Source: Ruditapes philippinarum
Taxonomy: Eukaryota
Assembly (NCBI RefSeq): GCF_026571515.1
Contig: NW_026867313.1
Coordinates: 248,001-312,000, forward strand
Direction: 5' to 3'
DNA: 64,000 nucleotides
The notes below the pieces were generated by a model. It was not told the origin of the DNA and searched no databases. It saw only the letters and a program-made list of their open reading frames with translations. Each line of letters begins with the position of its first letter. Within the stretch, counting starts at the first letter, position 1. A program made the translations under genes and the position numbers. Shown here piece by piece: positions 1-12,000 of this stretch.

Positions 1-60
1 TTCATCACTGAATACAGTAAATGAGCTTTTAGAGATATAGGTATATGAACATAAGATTAC

Positions 61-184
61 CAGAGCTTTGCAAGATGTATTTATCATCCCTAGTGGTGAA
101 CCACGCCTGTGAAATGTCCGACTTTAGTAACTGGTTCCGTTTCTCCTGGTTCCTGGCAGCTGCTGTCTCACTGGTCAGCTCCTC
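61..184 (-). CDS. DMTF1: DMTF1 coding exon 5 (EELTSE...SQAWFTTRDDK...)
   Basis: TAG acceptor, GTAATC donor, phase 0-1, carries the diagnostic SQAWFTT motif. Confidence 0.82.
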
Positions 185-3100
185 CTAATAATACAGTAAT
201 TATAATAAAAGTTCACTTTGGTCATCGTTACATGCACTGCCAGTAACAACAGTTTGCCAAAATGTTTTAAAATCTGTCCATAAAGTACAAATTTATAGAC
301 CAAACAAAGTTCTGACGAAGGACACATGCTACAAAAGCTATATGCCTACCTATTCTGGGGGGAATTATAATAAAAACAGAATGAAAATTGGAAGTTAGGA
401 CCAAACTCTCATTTTCTTATTTTGGAAAAAGCAAGCTATTTTTGTTATAAACTCCGAACTTATTTCCTTACTTTATGTAACAGCGTACACAATGCCAAAC
501 ATAAAGAGATCTCAATAAAACAGAAACTATGATATATTACACATAACAAAGCTCAACTAGGTCAAGTTAAAAAGAGAAATACATTACACAGCAATCATCT
601 AGGTTTAAAATTTTACGGCTCTTAAGAAATATATGCATAAAAGATCAACTTTATACTCAGTTTTTTGCTCTTATAGGTTTCAGTTACACTAAATGCAATC
701 AAAAGAACAATCCTGTTTGCACAAATTTCTTGGCATATTGCAGAGTATTCTCTTCTGTTTTTCTCTTTTCTATTTATGGTTGTTTGTTAAAAACACTTGG
801 CTTTCTCATAAACGAATAATTTGAAAGCCCTTCTACATTTATTCACTGCAGCAGACGTCAAACCATAGACATTACACCAACTAATCATGTAAAATTCTAA
901 GCTTACCTGCTTAGCCTGATATTGATGTTCACTAAATTGTTTCGCTGTTGTCTCTGGTCCAGTTTCTTCTACCGGATCAGCTGAGTTAAATAATAAACAT
1001 TTGAGCCGTGTTACGACAAAACCAACGTAATGCGTTTGCGACCAGTATTGATCCAGACCAGCCTGCATCTGCGCAGTCTGATCAGGATACATGCTGTTCG
1101 CTATCAGTTTCTCTACTTGCAATAGGGTTTGTAAGCGAACAGCATGGATCCTGATTAGACTGCACGAATGCGCAGGCTGGTTTGGATCCATGCTGGTCGC
1201 AGATGCATTACTTTGGTTTTGTCTTGACGCGACTCATTTCATATCATAATCGTTTCAAATATTCTTGTAATGGCTGTGTTTATAATATTCATACATAATT
1301 TACTTTCTTTTTTCATCTACACTGTTTATATTTACTTAATTGTAATAGTATTTGAAACAGAAAACATGATATAATTTGAGATTCAACTTCCAATATTTCA
1401 ATGTATATATTACAAAATTTTAAGCAAAATCTACAACTGTATTTTATCATATGCAAAAATATCTAATTCTTTTGCAAATCAGAAAGTTTTCTGCCAAGTC
1501 TCTCCTATCACTATTTTTGGGGCGTTCCCATTCCAGTGATTACATATTTTCCCCTACTTTTGAAGAAAATTCCCCTCAAATTTTTTTAAAAAGAATATGT
1601 AAAACTTTAACATCATGAGTATTATTGTTAACAGGCAAAATAACCTTCTTCTCTTCAAAATGCCACAAAATTCCCCTTCCAAAGGCCCAGGCCCCAGTCC
1701 CCTATAATAAGGGCCATGCCTTATAAGTTGTACACTTACTAATTCTGTAAAATACAGTGAATTTCAACTAGATAAACAAAATGGATTGAAAATCCCTGTC
1801 CTACAGATACATAAAATCTACTAAAGTCATTTAAATATAACGAGTGCCAAAAACTAGATACTGACCTGCAACTGTCAAAATGTATGACTGCCCATCTTCT
1901 CCCAGCATGCGGTATCTTTTATATGCTGGTTCCCCATCTTGGGTCTCTACTTCCGGTAATGGTGCCAATGTTCCTATACCTAATGTAGCTGTAAAAATAT
2001 AAGAGATATTATCTTAACTGTTAACGTTTAGAAAGCTTATGATTGACCTTTGCTATCAGTATACAACGTATATGCAGGCCAGCCTTATAGCCTTTATTAT
2101 GATTATCCATACTATTTGACCAGGTTCTATACAGTGGCAGCTCAATTTATTATTTTGTTGTTGACATCCCTAAAATTTATAATTTATAACTGCAATTGGG
2201 GCATAACTTAAAATACAGCATTAGTATAAAAATCTTCCAAGACATAAAAAAAAGATAAATAGTTGCAGCATGTACTGAATATTTGCATTCTGGATGTTAA
2301 TTCATTTTTATACACTCCTGCTGCTGCACTTTAATGAATCATTAAAATTTAAATCAAAGAAAATAATTGAGCATATATAATAAATTCCTTATATGTTTAT
2401 TTGTCTTTATGGCGCATCAACTCAGTGTAGGTCATATGGCGCCGAAACAGGAAAGATGATTTTGGCTAACCTCAGTCAGGTGTTACAAACTTCAAAGCAA
2501 CACCTGGGTTTAATACAGTATCACCTGCTGGAGATAAGAGATGCACAGGCTCCAGTTATTCGTTATTTAGTTGCCTCTTATAATCAAGCAGAGTTAAACA
2601 GTGGCTGCAAATGCAATCTAATGGCTCAACCATTAAAGGCAACCTCTCAGCCATAAGGGGCTTTATTCAATATAAAAAGTATTTGACTGGTCATATGGTC
2701 ATGTACAGACTGTAGTTTTCTATATAATATATCTGTCTATTTTGAGATGATTCTGTCATGCAATATTAACACTACAATCAAATTCATAACTTAACTAAAA
2801 CATTCATTTGAAATTTGCCTACCATTTCCAGAGGGTGTAACAATAACAAACTGTTTTCCATCTTCACTATCACCCACAATATCAGTTGATTCAAGAGATA
2901 TCAAACTACTAGGATCAACTTCACTCACTATAAATTAAAAGATTCACATAAAATAAATCACATATATCAAAATCTGAACATACATGTATGACAAAACAAT
3001 TATATTATTTTGTAAAATCATCATTATCAATCAGTGCTCTCCATAATCACCAGCCAGATATCAATTATTCTCAGAATTACAACCACCTACTTTTCCTATG

Positions 3101-6100
3101 ACATGTTCGATAAACATAAGAACTGTAAAATCACTTAGGAATATATAACTACCGATGTCTCTTAAATTTCACTTGCCACTTAGAACTTTAAGAAGAACAC
3201 CGGATGCATAGCATTATAATGTAACTGGACTAAAAACAAGAGGGCCATGATGGCCCTGAGGTCGCTCACCTGTATATAGGCCCCCCTAACCCCCACCCCC
3301 AATGTTGCAGGGCCAATTTAACCCAAGGGCTTTTATTTGCACAAACTTGGTAGACACCCATAAGAAAATGTTTCATGCTAAACATCTAAGCTCTAGCTCA
3401 TTGGGCTTTTTAAAAGAAGATTTTATTTAAGTTTTTACTATACACATACAGTTAAAAACAATGACACCCCTGGGGCCGGGCCAGTTTTGACCCCAGGGCT
3501 TTTATTTGAACAAACTTTGTAGACACTTACTAGAAGATGTTTCATGCTTAATATCTAAACTCTAGCTATTTGGGTTTTTTCAAAGAAGATTTTAAGTTTT
3601 TGCTATACACATATAAAGAAAATCAATGACCCCCGGGGCGGGGCCAATTTTGACCCCAGGTCTTTTATTTGAACAAACTTTGTAGACACTCACTAAAAGA
3701 TGTTTCATGCTTAATATCTTAACTCTAGCTATTTAGGTTTTTTCAAAGGAGATTTTTTAAGTTTTTGCTATACACATATAAGGAAAATCAATGACCCCCC
3801 GAGGCGGTGCCAATTTTGACCCCAGGGCTTTTATTTGAACAAACTTGGTAGACACCTATTAGAACATGTTTGATGCTAAATATCTTAACCATAGCTCTTT
3901 GAGTTCTTTGAAAGAAGATTTTTTAAGTTTTTACTATATGCATATAGGGAAAATCAATGACCCCCCGGGGCGGGCCAATTTAGACCCCGTGGCTTTTATT
4001 TGAACAAACTTGGTAGACACTTTTTAGAACATGTTTCATGCTAAATATCTTAGCTCTAACTCTTTTGGTTCTTTAAAAGAAGATTTTTTAAGTTTTTACT
4101 ATATGCATATAGGGAAAATCAATGACCGCCTGGGGCGGGCCAATTTTGACCCCAGGGCTTTTATTTGAACAAACTTGGTAGACACCTATTAGAACATGTT
4201 TGATGCTCAATATCTTAGCCATAGCTCTTTGAGTTCTTTAAAAGAAGATTTTTTTAAGTTTTTACTAAATGCATATAGGGAAAATCAATGACCCCCGGGG
4301 CGGGGCCAATTTTGACCCCAGGGCTTTTATTTGAACAAACTTGGTAGACACCCATTAGAACATGTTTCATGCTAAATATCTTAGCTCTAGCTCTTTGAGT
4401 TCTTTAAAAGAAGATTTTTTAAGTTTTTACTATATGCATATAGGGAAAATCAATGACCCCCCGGGGCGGGGCCAATTTTGACCCTGGGGCTTTTATTGAA
4501 CAAACTTGGTAGACTCTTATTAGAACATGTTTCATGCCAAATATCTTAGCTCTAACTCTTTGAGTTCTTTGAAAGAAGATTTTTTAAGTTTTTATTATAT
4601 GCATATAGGGAAAATCAATGACCCCCCGGGGCGGGGCCAATTTAGACCCCGTGGCTTTTATTTGAACAAACTTGGTAGACACTTTTTAGAACATGTTTCA
4701 TGCTAAATATCTTAGCTCTAACTCTTTTGGTTCTTTAAAAGAAGATTTTTTAAGTTTTTACTATATGCATATAGGGAAAATCAATGACCCCCTGGGGCGG
4801 GCCAATTTTGACCCCAGGGCTTTTATTTGAACAAACTTGGTAGACACCTATTAGAACATGTTTGATGCTCAATATCTTAGCCATAGCTCTTTGAGTTCTT
4901 TAAAAGAAGATTTTTTTAAGTTTTTACTAAATGCATATAGGGAAAATCAATGACCCCCTGGGGGGGCCAATTTTGACCCCAGGGCTTTTATTTGAACGAA
5001 CTTGGTAGACACCTATTAGAACATGTTTGATGCTCAATATCTTAGCCATAGCTCTTTGAGTTCTTTAAAAGAAGATTTTTAAAGTTTTTACTATATGCAT
5101 ATAGGGAAAATCAATGACCCCCCGGGCCGAGGCCAATTTTGACCCCAGGGCTTTTATTTGAACAAACTTGGTAGACACCTATTAGAACATGTTTGATGCT
5201 CAATATCTTAGCCATAGCTCTTTGAGTTCTTTAAAAGAAGATTTTTTTAAGTTTTTACTAAATGCATATAGGGAAAATCAATGACCCCCCGGGGCGGGGC
5301 CAATTTTGACCCCAGGGCTTTTATTTGAACAAACTTGGTAGACACCCATTAGAACATGTTTCATGCTAAATATCTTAGCTCTAGCTCTTTGAGTTCTTTA
5401 AAAGAAGATTTTTTAAGTTTTTACTATATGCATATAGGGAAAATCAATGACCCCCCGGGGCGGGGCCAATTTTGACCCTGGGGCTTTTATTGAACAAACT
5501 TGGTAGACTCTTATTAGAACATGTTTCATGCCAAATATCTTAGCTCTAACTCTTTGAGTTCTTTGAAAGAAGATTTTTTAAGTTTTTATTATATGCATAT
5601 AGGGAAAATCAATGACCCCCCGGGGCGGGGCCAATTTTAGACCCCGTGGCTTTTATTTGAACAAACTTGGTAGACACTTTTTAGAACATGTTTCATGCTA
5701 AATATCTTAGCTCTAACTCTTTTGGTTCTTTAAAAGAAGATTTTTTAAGTTTTTACTATATGCATATAGGGAAAATCAATGACCGCCTGGGGCGGGCCAA
5801 TTTTGACCCCAGGGCTTTTATTTGAACAAACTTGGTAGACACCTATTAGAACATGTTTGATGCTCAATATCTTAGCCATAGCTCTTTGAGTTCTTTAAAA
5901 GAAGATTTTTTTAAGTTTTTACTAAATGCATATAGGGAAAATCAATGACCCCCTGGGGGGGCCAATTTTGACCCCAGGGCTTTTATTTGAACAAACTTGG
6001 TAGACACCTATTAGAACATGTTTGATGCTCAATATCTTAGCCATAGCTCTTTGAGTTCTTTAAAAGAAGATTTTTAAAGTTTTTACTATATGCATATAGG

Positions 6101-7684
6101 GAAAATCAATGACCCCCCGGGCCGGGGCCAATTTTGACCCCAGGGCTTTTATTTGAACAAACTTGGTAGACACCCATTAGAACATGTTTCATGCTCAATA
6201 TCTTAGCCATAGCTCTTTGAGTTCTTTAAAAGAAGATTTTTTTAAGTTTTTACTATATGCATATAGGGAAAATCAATGACCCCCCGGGGCGGGGCCAATT
6301 TTGACCCTGGGGCTTTTATTTGAACAAACTTGGTAAACTCTTATTAGAACATGTTTCATGCTAAATATCTTAGCTCTAGCTCTTTTGGTTCTTTAAAAGA
6401 AGATTTTTTAAGTTTTTACTATATGCATATAGGGAAAATCAATGACCCCCTGGGGCGGGGCCAATTTTGACCCCAGGGCTTTTATTTGAACAAACTTGGT
6501 AGACACCTATTAGAACATGTTTGATGCTCAATATCTTAGCCATAGCTCTTTGAGTTCTTTAAAAGAAGATTATTAAGTTTTTACTATATGCATATAGGGA
6601 AAATCAATGACCCCCCGGGGCGGGGCCAATTTTGACCCCAGGGCTTTTATTTGAACAAACTTGGTAGACACCCATTATAACATGTTTCATGCTAAATATC
6701 TTAGCTCTAGCTCTTTGGGTTCTTTAAAAGAAGATTTTTTAAGTTTTTACTATATGCATATAGGGAAAATCAATGACCCCCCGGGGCGGGGCCAATTTTG
6801 ACCCCAGGGCTTTTATTTGAACAAACTAGGTAGACACTCACTAGAAGATGTTCATGCCAAATATCTAAGCTCTAGCTCTTTTTAAAAGAAGATATTTAAA
6901 GTTTTTTCTTTCGGTTGCCATGGCAACCAGAGTTCTGCATGGAATTAAATTCTTTGAACAATTTTTAAAGGTGACCACCAAAGGAACATTCCTGTGAAGT
7001 TTGGATGAAATTGGCTTAGTGGTTTATGAGGAGATGTCATTTAAAGTAAAAGTTTACGGACGGACGACGGATGGACGGACGGACGGACGCCGGACGAAAA
7101 GCGATCACAAAAGCTCACCCTGTCAAATTGTGACAGGTGAGCTAAAAAATGGAAAAAAATGTAGCCAAATTTTTTTCACTTTAGATTGCAATATAAGATT
7201 CTTTTGCAACTTTTAACTATAGTATTCTCAGAACAGTTACAATAAACTTGTGTCAATATTGATCATTAAAAGATTAATTACAAGTTAATAAAAAAATTTA
7301 TGTAAGATTCTCCATGTATTTTTAAATATAAACAGCAGGAAAGGAAATAATCTAAACATATCCATACAATATGATAAAAGTAAACATAAATAAATCAAAA
7401 CAATTCAATCCAGATGATGAGAGGGTTTTTTTTCTCTCCAATATTAAATACTGAGAAATTAATGAATATAATACCTTCTAATAATTCCTTTTCCTTAACA
7501 TTTCGACAAAATTAAAAATTCCTTATCTAAATGACTTAAAAATAATTATACCTGTCAAAGTTTCATTCTGAGAAAGAGTTTCCTGTCCAGATGAAAGGCC
7601 TTCTTTTATTACCTGTACAGTAACAGGTGGTGTTGTGAGAGATTCTGAGCTGATATTGGTACTGTCCTCCTCTCCATCATTCAT
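61..7684 (-). CDS. DMTF1: Cyclin-D-binding Myb-like transcription factor 1 homolog, N-terminal five coding exons (gene continues beyond window start)
   Basis: Phase-compatible GT-AG exons 7684-7552, 2927-2823, 1988-1866, 980-907, 184-61 translate as MNDGEEDSTN...EPAYKRYRM...KSDISQAWFTTRDDKYILQSS. SQAWFTT(R/K)(D/E)DK matches the DMTF1 motif just before the Myb-like repeats, which lie outside the window. Confidence 0.82.
907..980 (-). CDS. DMTF1: DMTF1 coding exon 4 (ADPVEE...QAKQ)
   Basis: CAG acceptor, CAG|GTAAGC donor, phase 1-0. Confidence 0.75.
1000..1237. mobile_element. ~240 bp fully palindromic MITE
   Basis: TGAGCCGTGTTACGACAAAACCAAC...GACCAG...CAGCCTGC...CAGTCTGATCAGGAT..ATGCTGTTCGCT is mirrored by AGCGAACAGCATGGATCCTGATTAGACTG...GCAGGCTGG...CTGGTCGC...TTGGTTTTGTCTTGACGCGACTCA. 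Confidence 0.8.
1866..1988 (-). CDS. DMTF1: DMTF1 coding exon 3 (ATLGIG...YILTVA)
   Basis: CAG acceptor, GTCAGT donor, 123 nt, phase 1-1. Confidence 0.78.
2392..2650 (-). mobile_element. Degenerate SINE-like remnant
   Basis: GGCGCATCAACTCAG...AGGTCATATGGCG and TTAGTTGCCTCTTA segments resemble reverse-complemented molluscan SINE 3' parts. No promoter boxes seen. Confidence 0.35.
2823..2927 (-). CDS. DMTF1: DMTF1 coding exon 2 (VSEVDPSS...VTPSGN)
   Basis: TAG acceptor, GTAGGC donor, 105 nt, open, phase 1-1. Confidence 0.75.
3235..7148 (-). mobile_element. Helentron/HINE-type (pearl/DTC84-like) non-autonomous element with ~22 x ~165 bp internal satellite monomers
   Basis: AACAAG end, terminal palindrome AGGGCCAT-G-ATGGCCCT, subterminal inverted repeat GCTCACCTG/CAGGTGAGC, (GGAC)n microsatellite at ~7056-7097, poly-A/T boundary. 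AAAATCAATGACC recurs every 164-167 bp from ~3620 to ~6770. Confidence 0.88.
7552..7684 (-). CDS. DMTF1: DMTF1 coding exon 1 (MNDGEEDSTN...QNETLT)
   Basis: AG acceptor at 7687-7686, ATG at 7684, donor G|GTATAA, phase 1. Confidence 0.7.
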
Positions 7685-8499
7685 TCTTTAAATGTAAAAA
7701 CATAAATCAGTCACTGCTGTAAAGTGTTTATATGATGAAAGACATAAAATTGATAAAAATAACTATTGATGGAAATATCTGCCAATTAGAGTTACAGTAA
7801 AACTTGTGACATGGTCACAGGATTATCTTCAAGTAAATAACTGTGCACATAAAAAGTCAATTCTGTTTATGATAAATTTACAGGAGTATTAATTTTATAA
7901 TCTTATTCATTACTGCCCTAAAATGTTCTTCATACACTTTCAACATAAGATTGTCTCGTCCCTTGATTCTATAATTAAATTATTCTTCAATTCTATTTTC
8001 ATGTAAACCACTTATAATGGGTTAAATCTTCTTGTGATTTTATGCACAAACATGTTGTAATTCAACCAAGGGGTTTCATAGTAGCATTACATTTGAACCT
8101 GCTGACACATAATTTTAGTACTTTTATTATTAAAAGAGGCTCTTATTCTTAACCAAACTGCACACAAATATTACCTAGCATAAACCTCAGTTATTATTGA
8201 GATCAGGGACACAAAAAGTGGTATAAAATTTCTCTGGAGGGGTTTAATTAATTTCCTAGAAGCAGATGCTCTTCCTCTGAGTCTGAAGACTATTTTTAAA
8301 TAGATAATATGCAGATAATTGAAAAAATCCTAAAAAAATTTCATCAAGTAATGTCAAGTCATATGCATACAACATTTGCAAAGCCAGTTGGCACAAACTC
8401 TTATACTCTCCACATTGATTAGCTGACTGAGGTGATAAAAAACATAATATGAGCTAAGTTAACCTGTTAACATGGTAAAGAAACAGACAAAAACCTACA

Positions 8500-8945
8500 A
8501 GGAAACATGGCAACGCCATTTTGAATTTATAAACAACGATATACTATTATAAATATAAATGATGTAAAATTAAACAAACGAAAACTTGTCAACTATACTC
8601 AAACTCAAATTTTTGACATTCGGGTTGTCATTACATTTAAAAACACGTGGGTATCACAGCAAGCTTTGTTTTCGTCCGGGCGATTTTAAAAGAGCCAGGA
8701 TGGAATGGTTGTCGCGGAAGAATAAAAATTTACGATAAAACACGTTTCATAAATTTACTGATCATTTAATTAAGTATTTGTATCAAATGTATGTATCATA
8801 TAACTAACATTTGAATAATTGTGTTTATTTTTTTATCTAATATTTGACAATTTATATTTCAAAACAATTATACTAGAACTTAATTTTTGGCGAAAGTAGT
8901 GATCGTGCGATAAAATTGTCACGTGATGAAAGATGGCCGCGCCCT
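8500..8945. promoter_or_regulatory. Putative bidirectional promoter for DMTF1 and SUCLG2
   Basis: Local CpG enrichment. Outward-facing YY1-type motifs: CAAAATGGCG on - at 8523-8514 and AAGATGGCCGC on + over the SUCLG2 ATG. E-boxes CACGTG at 8644 and GTCACGTGA at 8918. Confidence 0.6.
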
Positions 8946-9004
8946 TGAGTTCACTCCGTCATGGACTGTCAAGAAAATTTTTAAGATCAGCACAAAAGAC
9001 TCGG
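8933..9004 (+). CDS. SUCLG2: SUCLG2 exon 1 (mitochondrial transit peptide [10 protein letters not shown]...)
   Basis: AAGATGG start context, CGG|GTATGA donor, phase 0 matches exon 2. Confidence 0.85.
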
Positions 9005-12000
9005 GTATGACAAGTCTTTTCAGTTGTCTGAATTGTGAAATTATCCGTTTTATTACCTAAAGGATTCTGCATTAAATGTATACAGTCGTTACTTTGCGGA
9101 TTAAATCTTAGAAAAGTTTTTGTCCAAATTTGTAATCTGTGTTATTGAAACGCTTATTGTATGATGAGTGGTTTTCAAGCCAACACATGAATGGGCTTTA
9201 CATTGAAAGTATTGTTAATGGATAATTGATAACCGTAATTTTGAATTTCATTATTTAATTTGAAAAAGGCAAAGCCTCAAAGCGAGCTCGATTTACTTTT
9301 ACCGTGAAATAGTAATATGAAATTAGGCAAAGCCTAGATGAACGGGGAAGTCAGTTAAAAATAATTTATTTTTCCGTTTTAAAGGTGTCATTCGGTATTT
9401 CATGCACCACTTCCGTTTTCACTCGGAACCCTCGATGATTATTTATAATCCGAAAAGTTGCGATTGTCCGTTATTGGAATACCTCACCTTATATCATTGA
9501 GTTACATTGAAAATGGCGGCGCCCAGCTAGAACTGGCCCTGAAAATTTCATTGATAGGTATAGAATTCTATATATTTTTTTATTGTTTTTTATTTGATTT
9601 CCTTTTAAATATACACATGTAGTCTATAGCCGGGCAAGCCAAAGCCCGGGCCAGCTTTGACTTCCCTGTATAAAATAATTGTTCATTTTTATTTTACATT
9701 TTCGGTTTTAAAATTGTCATTCCGTACTTTATACACATACTGCTGCCATTTATTCAGGTTCCCATATAAGTGCGCAGGACACCAGTCTTCGCTTCCTTTT
9801 TCAATCAGAATACCTTGGCTTTTATCGTTCTATTGTAATTCGAAAAGTTGCGATGTGTCAATTCGGTACTTCGGACGAAAGTTTTCAAAACCATCACTAT
9901 CTAGCAGGTACTTGCGTTACTGTAAAGCTCAATTTGCAAGCAGGCCCTTCGGGCTAGCACTTCAAGCTCACTAATATGAAAGAGGCAAGCTCGATTTCCT
10001 TTTACCGTGAAATAATCTAAAATAATTGTTCATTTTTATTTTACAGTTTCCGTTTAAAAATTGTCATTCGGTATTTTATACACTGCTTCCGTTTATTCTG
10101 GTTCCTCCTTTCTATTATGGTTCCCATATTAGTGCGCAGGACACCAGTCTACGCTTCCGTTTTCAGAGTACATCAGCTTTTATCGTTATCTTGTAATTCG
10201 AAAAGTTGCGATGTGTCAATTCGGTACTTTGGACAAAAGTTTTCAAAACCATCACCTAGCAGCTACTCGCATTACCGTAAAGCTCGCTTTGTGAGCAGGC
10301 CCTTTGGGCCAGCTCGTCAAGCTCACTATTAGATTCAAGCTTAATTTTTTATTTTCAGGAAAAGTGTTGAATCACCGTGTTCGACGCATTGATCTAATTA
10401 GTTAGTATGCAAAAAAAAAAAAAAGAAGATAAGATACAGATATATACTACTCAAAATTTGCTAAGAAGCACTTTTTCTACACTGCATTACTTTTGTGTAT
10501 TTGTAATTAATGTGAATTTGATTAAAAGGAATTAATTTAAATATAATTAGTTAGGAATTGATTTTTATGAAAATAATGACAATGGAAGTGTTCCTTGATG
10601 TGTGCCTGTTGCAGAGAGTCAGTGTGCTGGACAAAAATCAACATTTTGGAGATCACATAGTGGAATAAAAAAAATCTTGCAAATCAGGAAATGGTTGGAG
10701 TATGGTGTTTAATACCAAGTATTGTGTCCGCGGGCATTAATTACGGCCTGGCATTGCCACCGCATGCTGCTGATGAGCCTGAGGACCTTGTGATGAGGAA
10801 TCTGTGCCCATTCCTCTATGATTGCATATCTTAGCTCCTGAACTGAACTGTTGTTGGTTGGACGTGAAGAAATGGCTTTCTGCAGCATATCTCAATTGTA
10901 TTTAAATCAGGGACCTCGCTGGCCAATCCATGAGATTGGAGTTGCCTCCACAAGATATCCGTTTGTGATGTGGGCTCTGTGTGCACGGGCGTTCTCATCC
11001 ATAAGAATGAAATCAGGGCTGACTGCGCCAGCGTACATGTGTATATGGACGTCTAAGATGTCATTGACATACCTTACAGCTGTCAGTTTACTGTTTTCAA
11101 TGATGTGTGGGTCTGTTTTCCCATGAGCGCTTATTCCCGCCTTCACCATGACTGAACCCCCGCCAAAACGGTCGTGTTCTGCAACACATGCTGGAGCCAA
11201 GGGTTCATTTGGACTTCTCCAAACCCTAGCCCATCTGTCCGTGAAGTCCACACAAAACCTTGACTCATCAGTGAAGAGGCCCGGGGTCCGATCATAAACT
11301 GTCCATGTGACATGAGTCTGCAACCATTGCAAACGCTCTTCAATATGGCGCTGCGTCAAAGGAATGTGAATTGCTGGCCTCCGTGACCTCAACCCTGAGC
11401 ATTATGCAACCTGTTTCTAACAGTTTGTGTGCTTACACGCACACCAGTTGCATTCTGGAAGTTGTTACATAAGGTTGTAGTGTTCGAGAACCATTGGCGC
11501 CTGGCCTGAAGGACAATAAATTAGTCATGGGCTTGAGTCGTTGAACGTTCCCGACCTCCAGCATGGCCCTGCAAGACATTTCCACTGAGTCATTTGGAAT
11601 CGGTTCCACATTCTGGAGACAACAACTCTTGGATACTCCAAGGACATGGGCAACATGCCTTTGTGAACGGCTAGCCTTCAACATTCCAATGCCCCTGTTC
11701 ATCTCATCTTCACTAAGATGACGTCGAACTTGTCGATTTGCCATAGTTTGTTAATTTCGAACACAGTTTTACAATAAAATAAGAGAAGTCTTGCTGCTTG
11801 TACACGATTAAGTGAAAGCACAAGGCCATAAAACACAAAATTTCCATGGTTTGCTTTTCCACGTGCTTATCGTGCAAGGTGTACATGACAAATCAATAAC
11901 TTAAGTACACGATTATGAGGTCCTCATACAGGTGTATCTTTAGCGGAAATATGATTTTGATATGATGATAATAGGACTGAAATATGCAATGTCAAAAAGG

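Noticed and set aside
7001-7216. Small ORFs MDEIGLVVYEEM... (also 25572-25814, 26728-27372, 23063-23307, and most of 787-1191)
   Set aside because: Chance translations of HINE or MITE sequence; only 980-907 within 787-1191 is a modelled exon.
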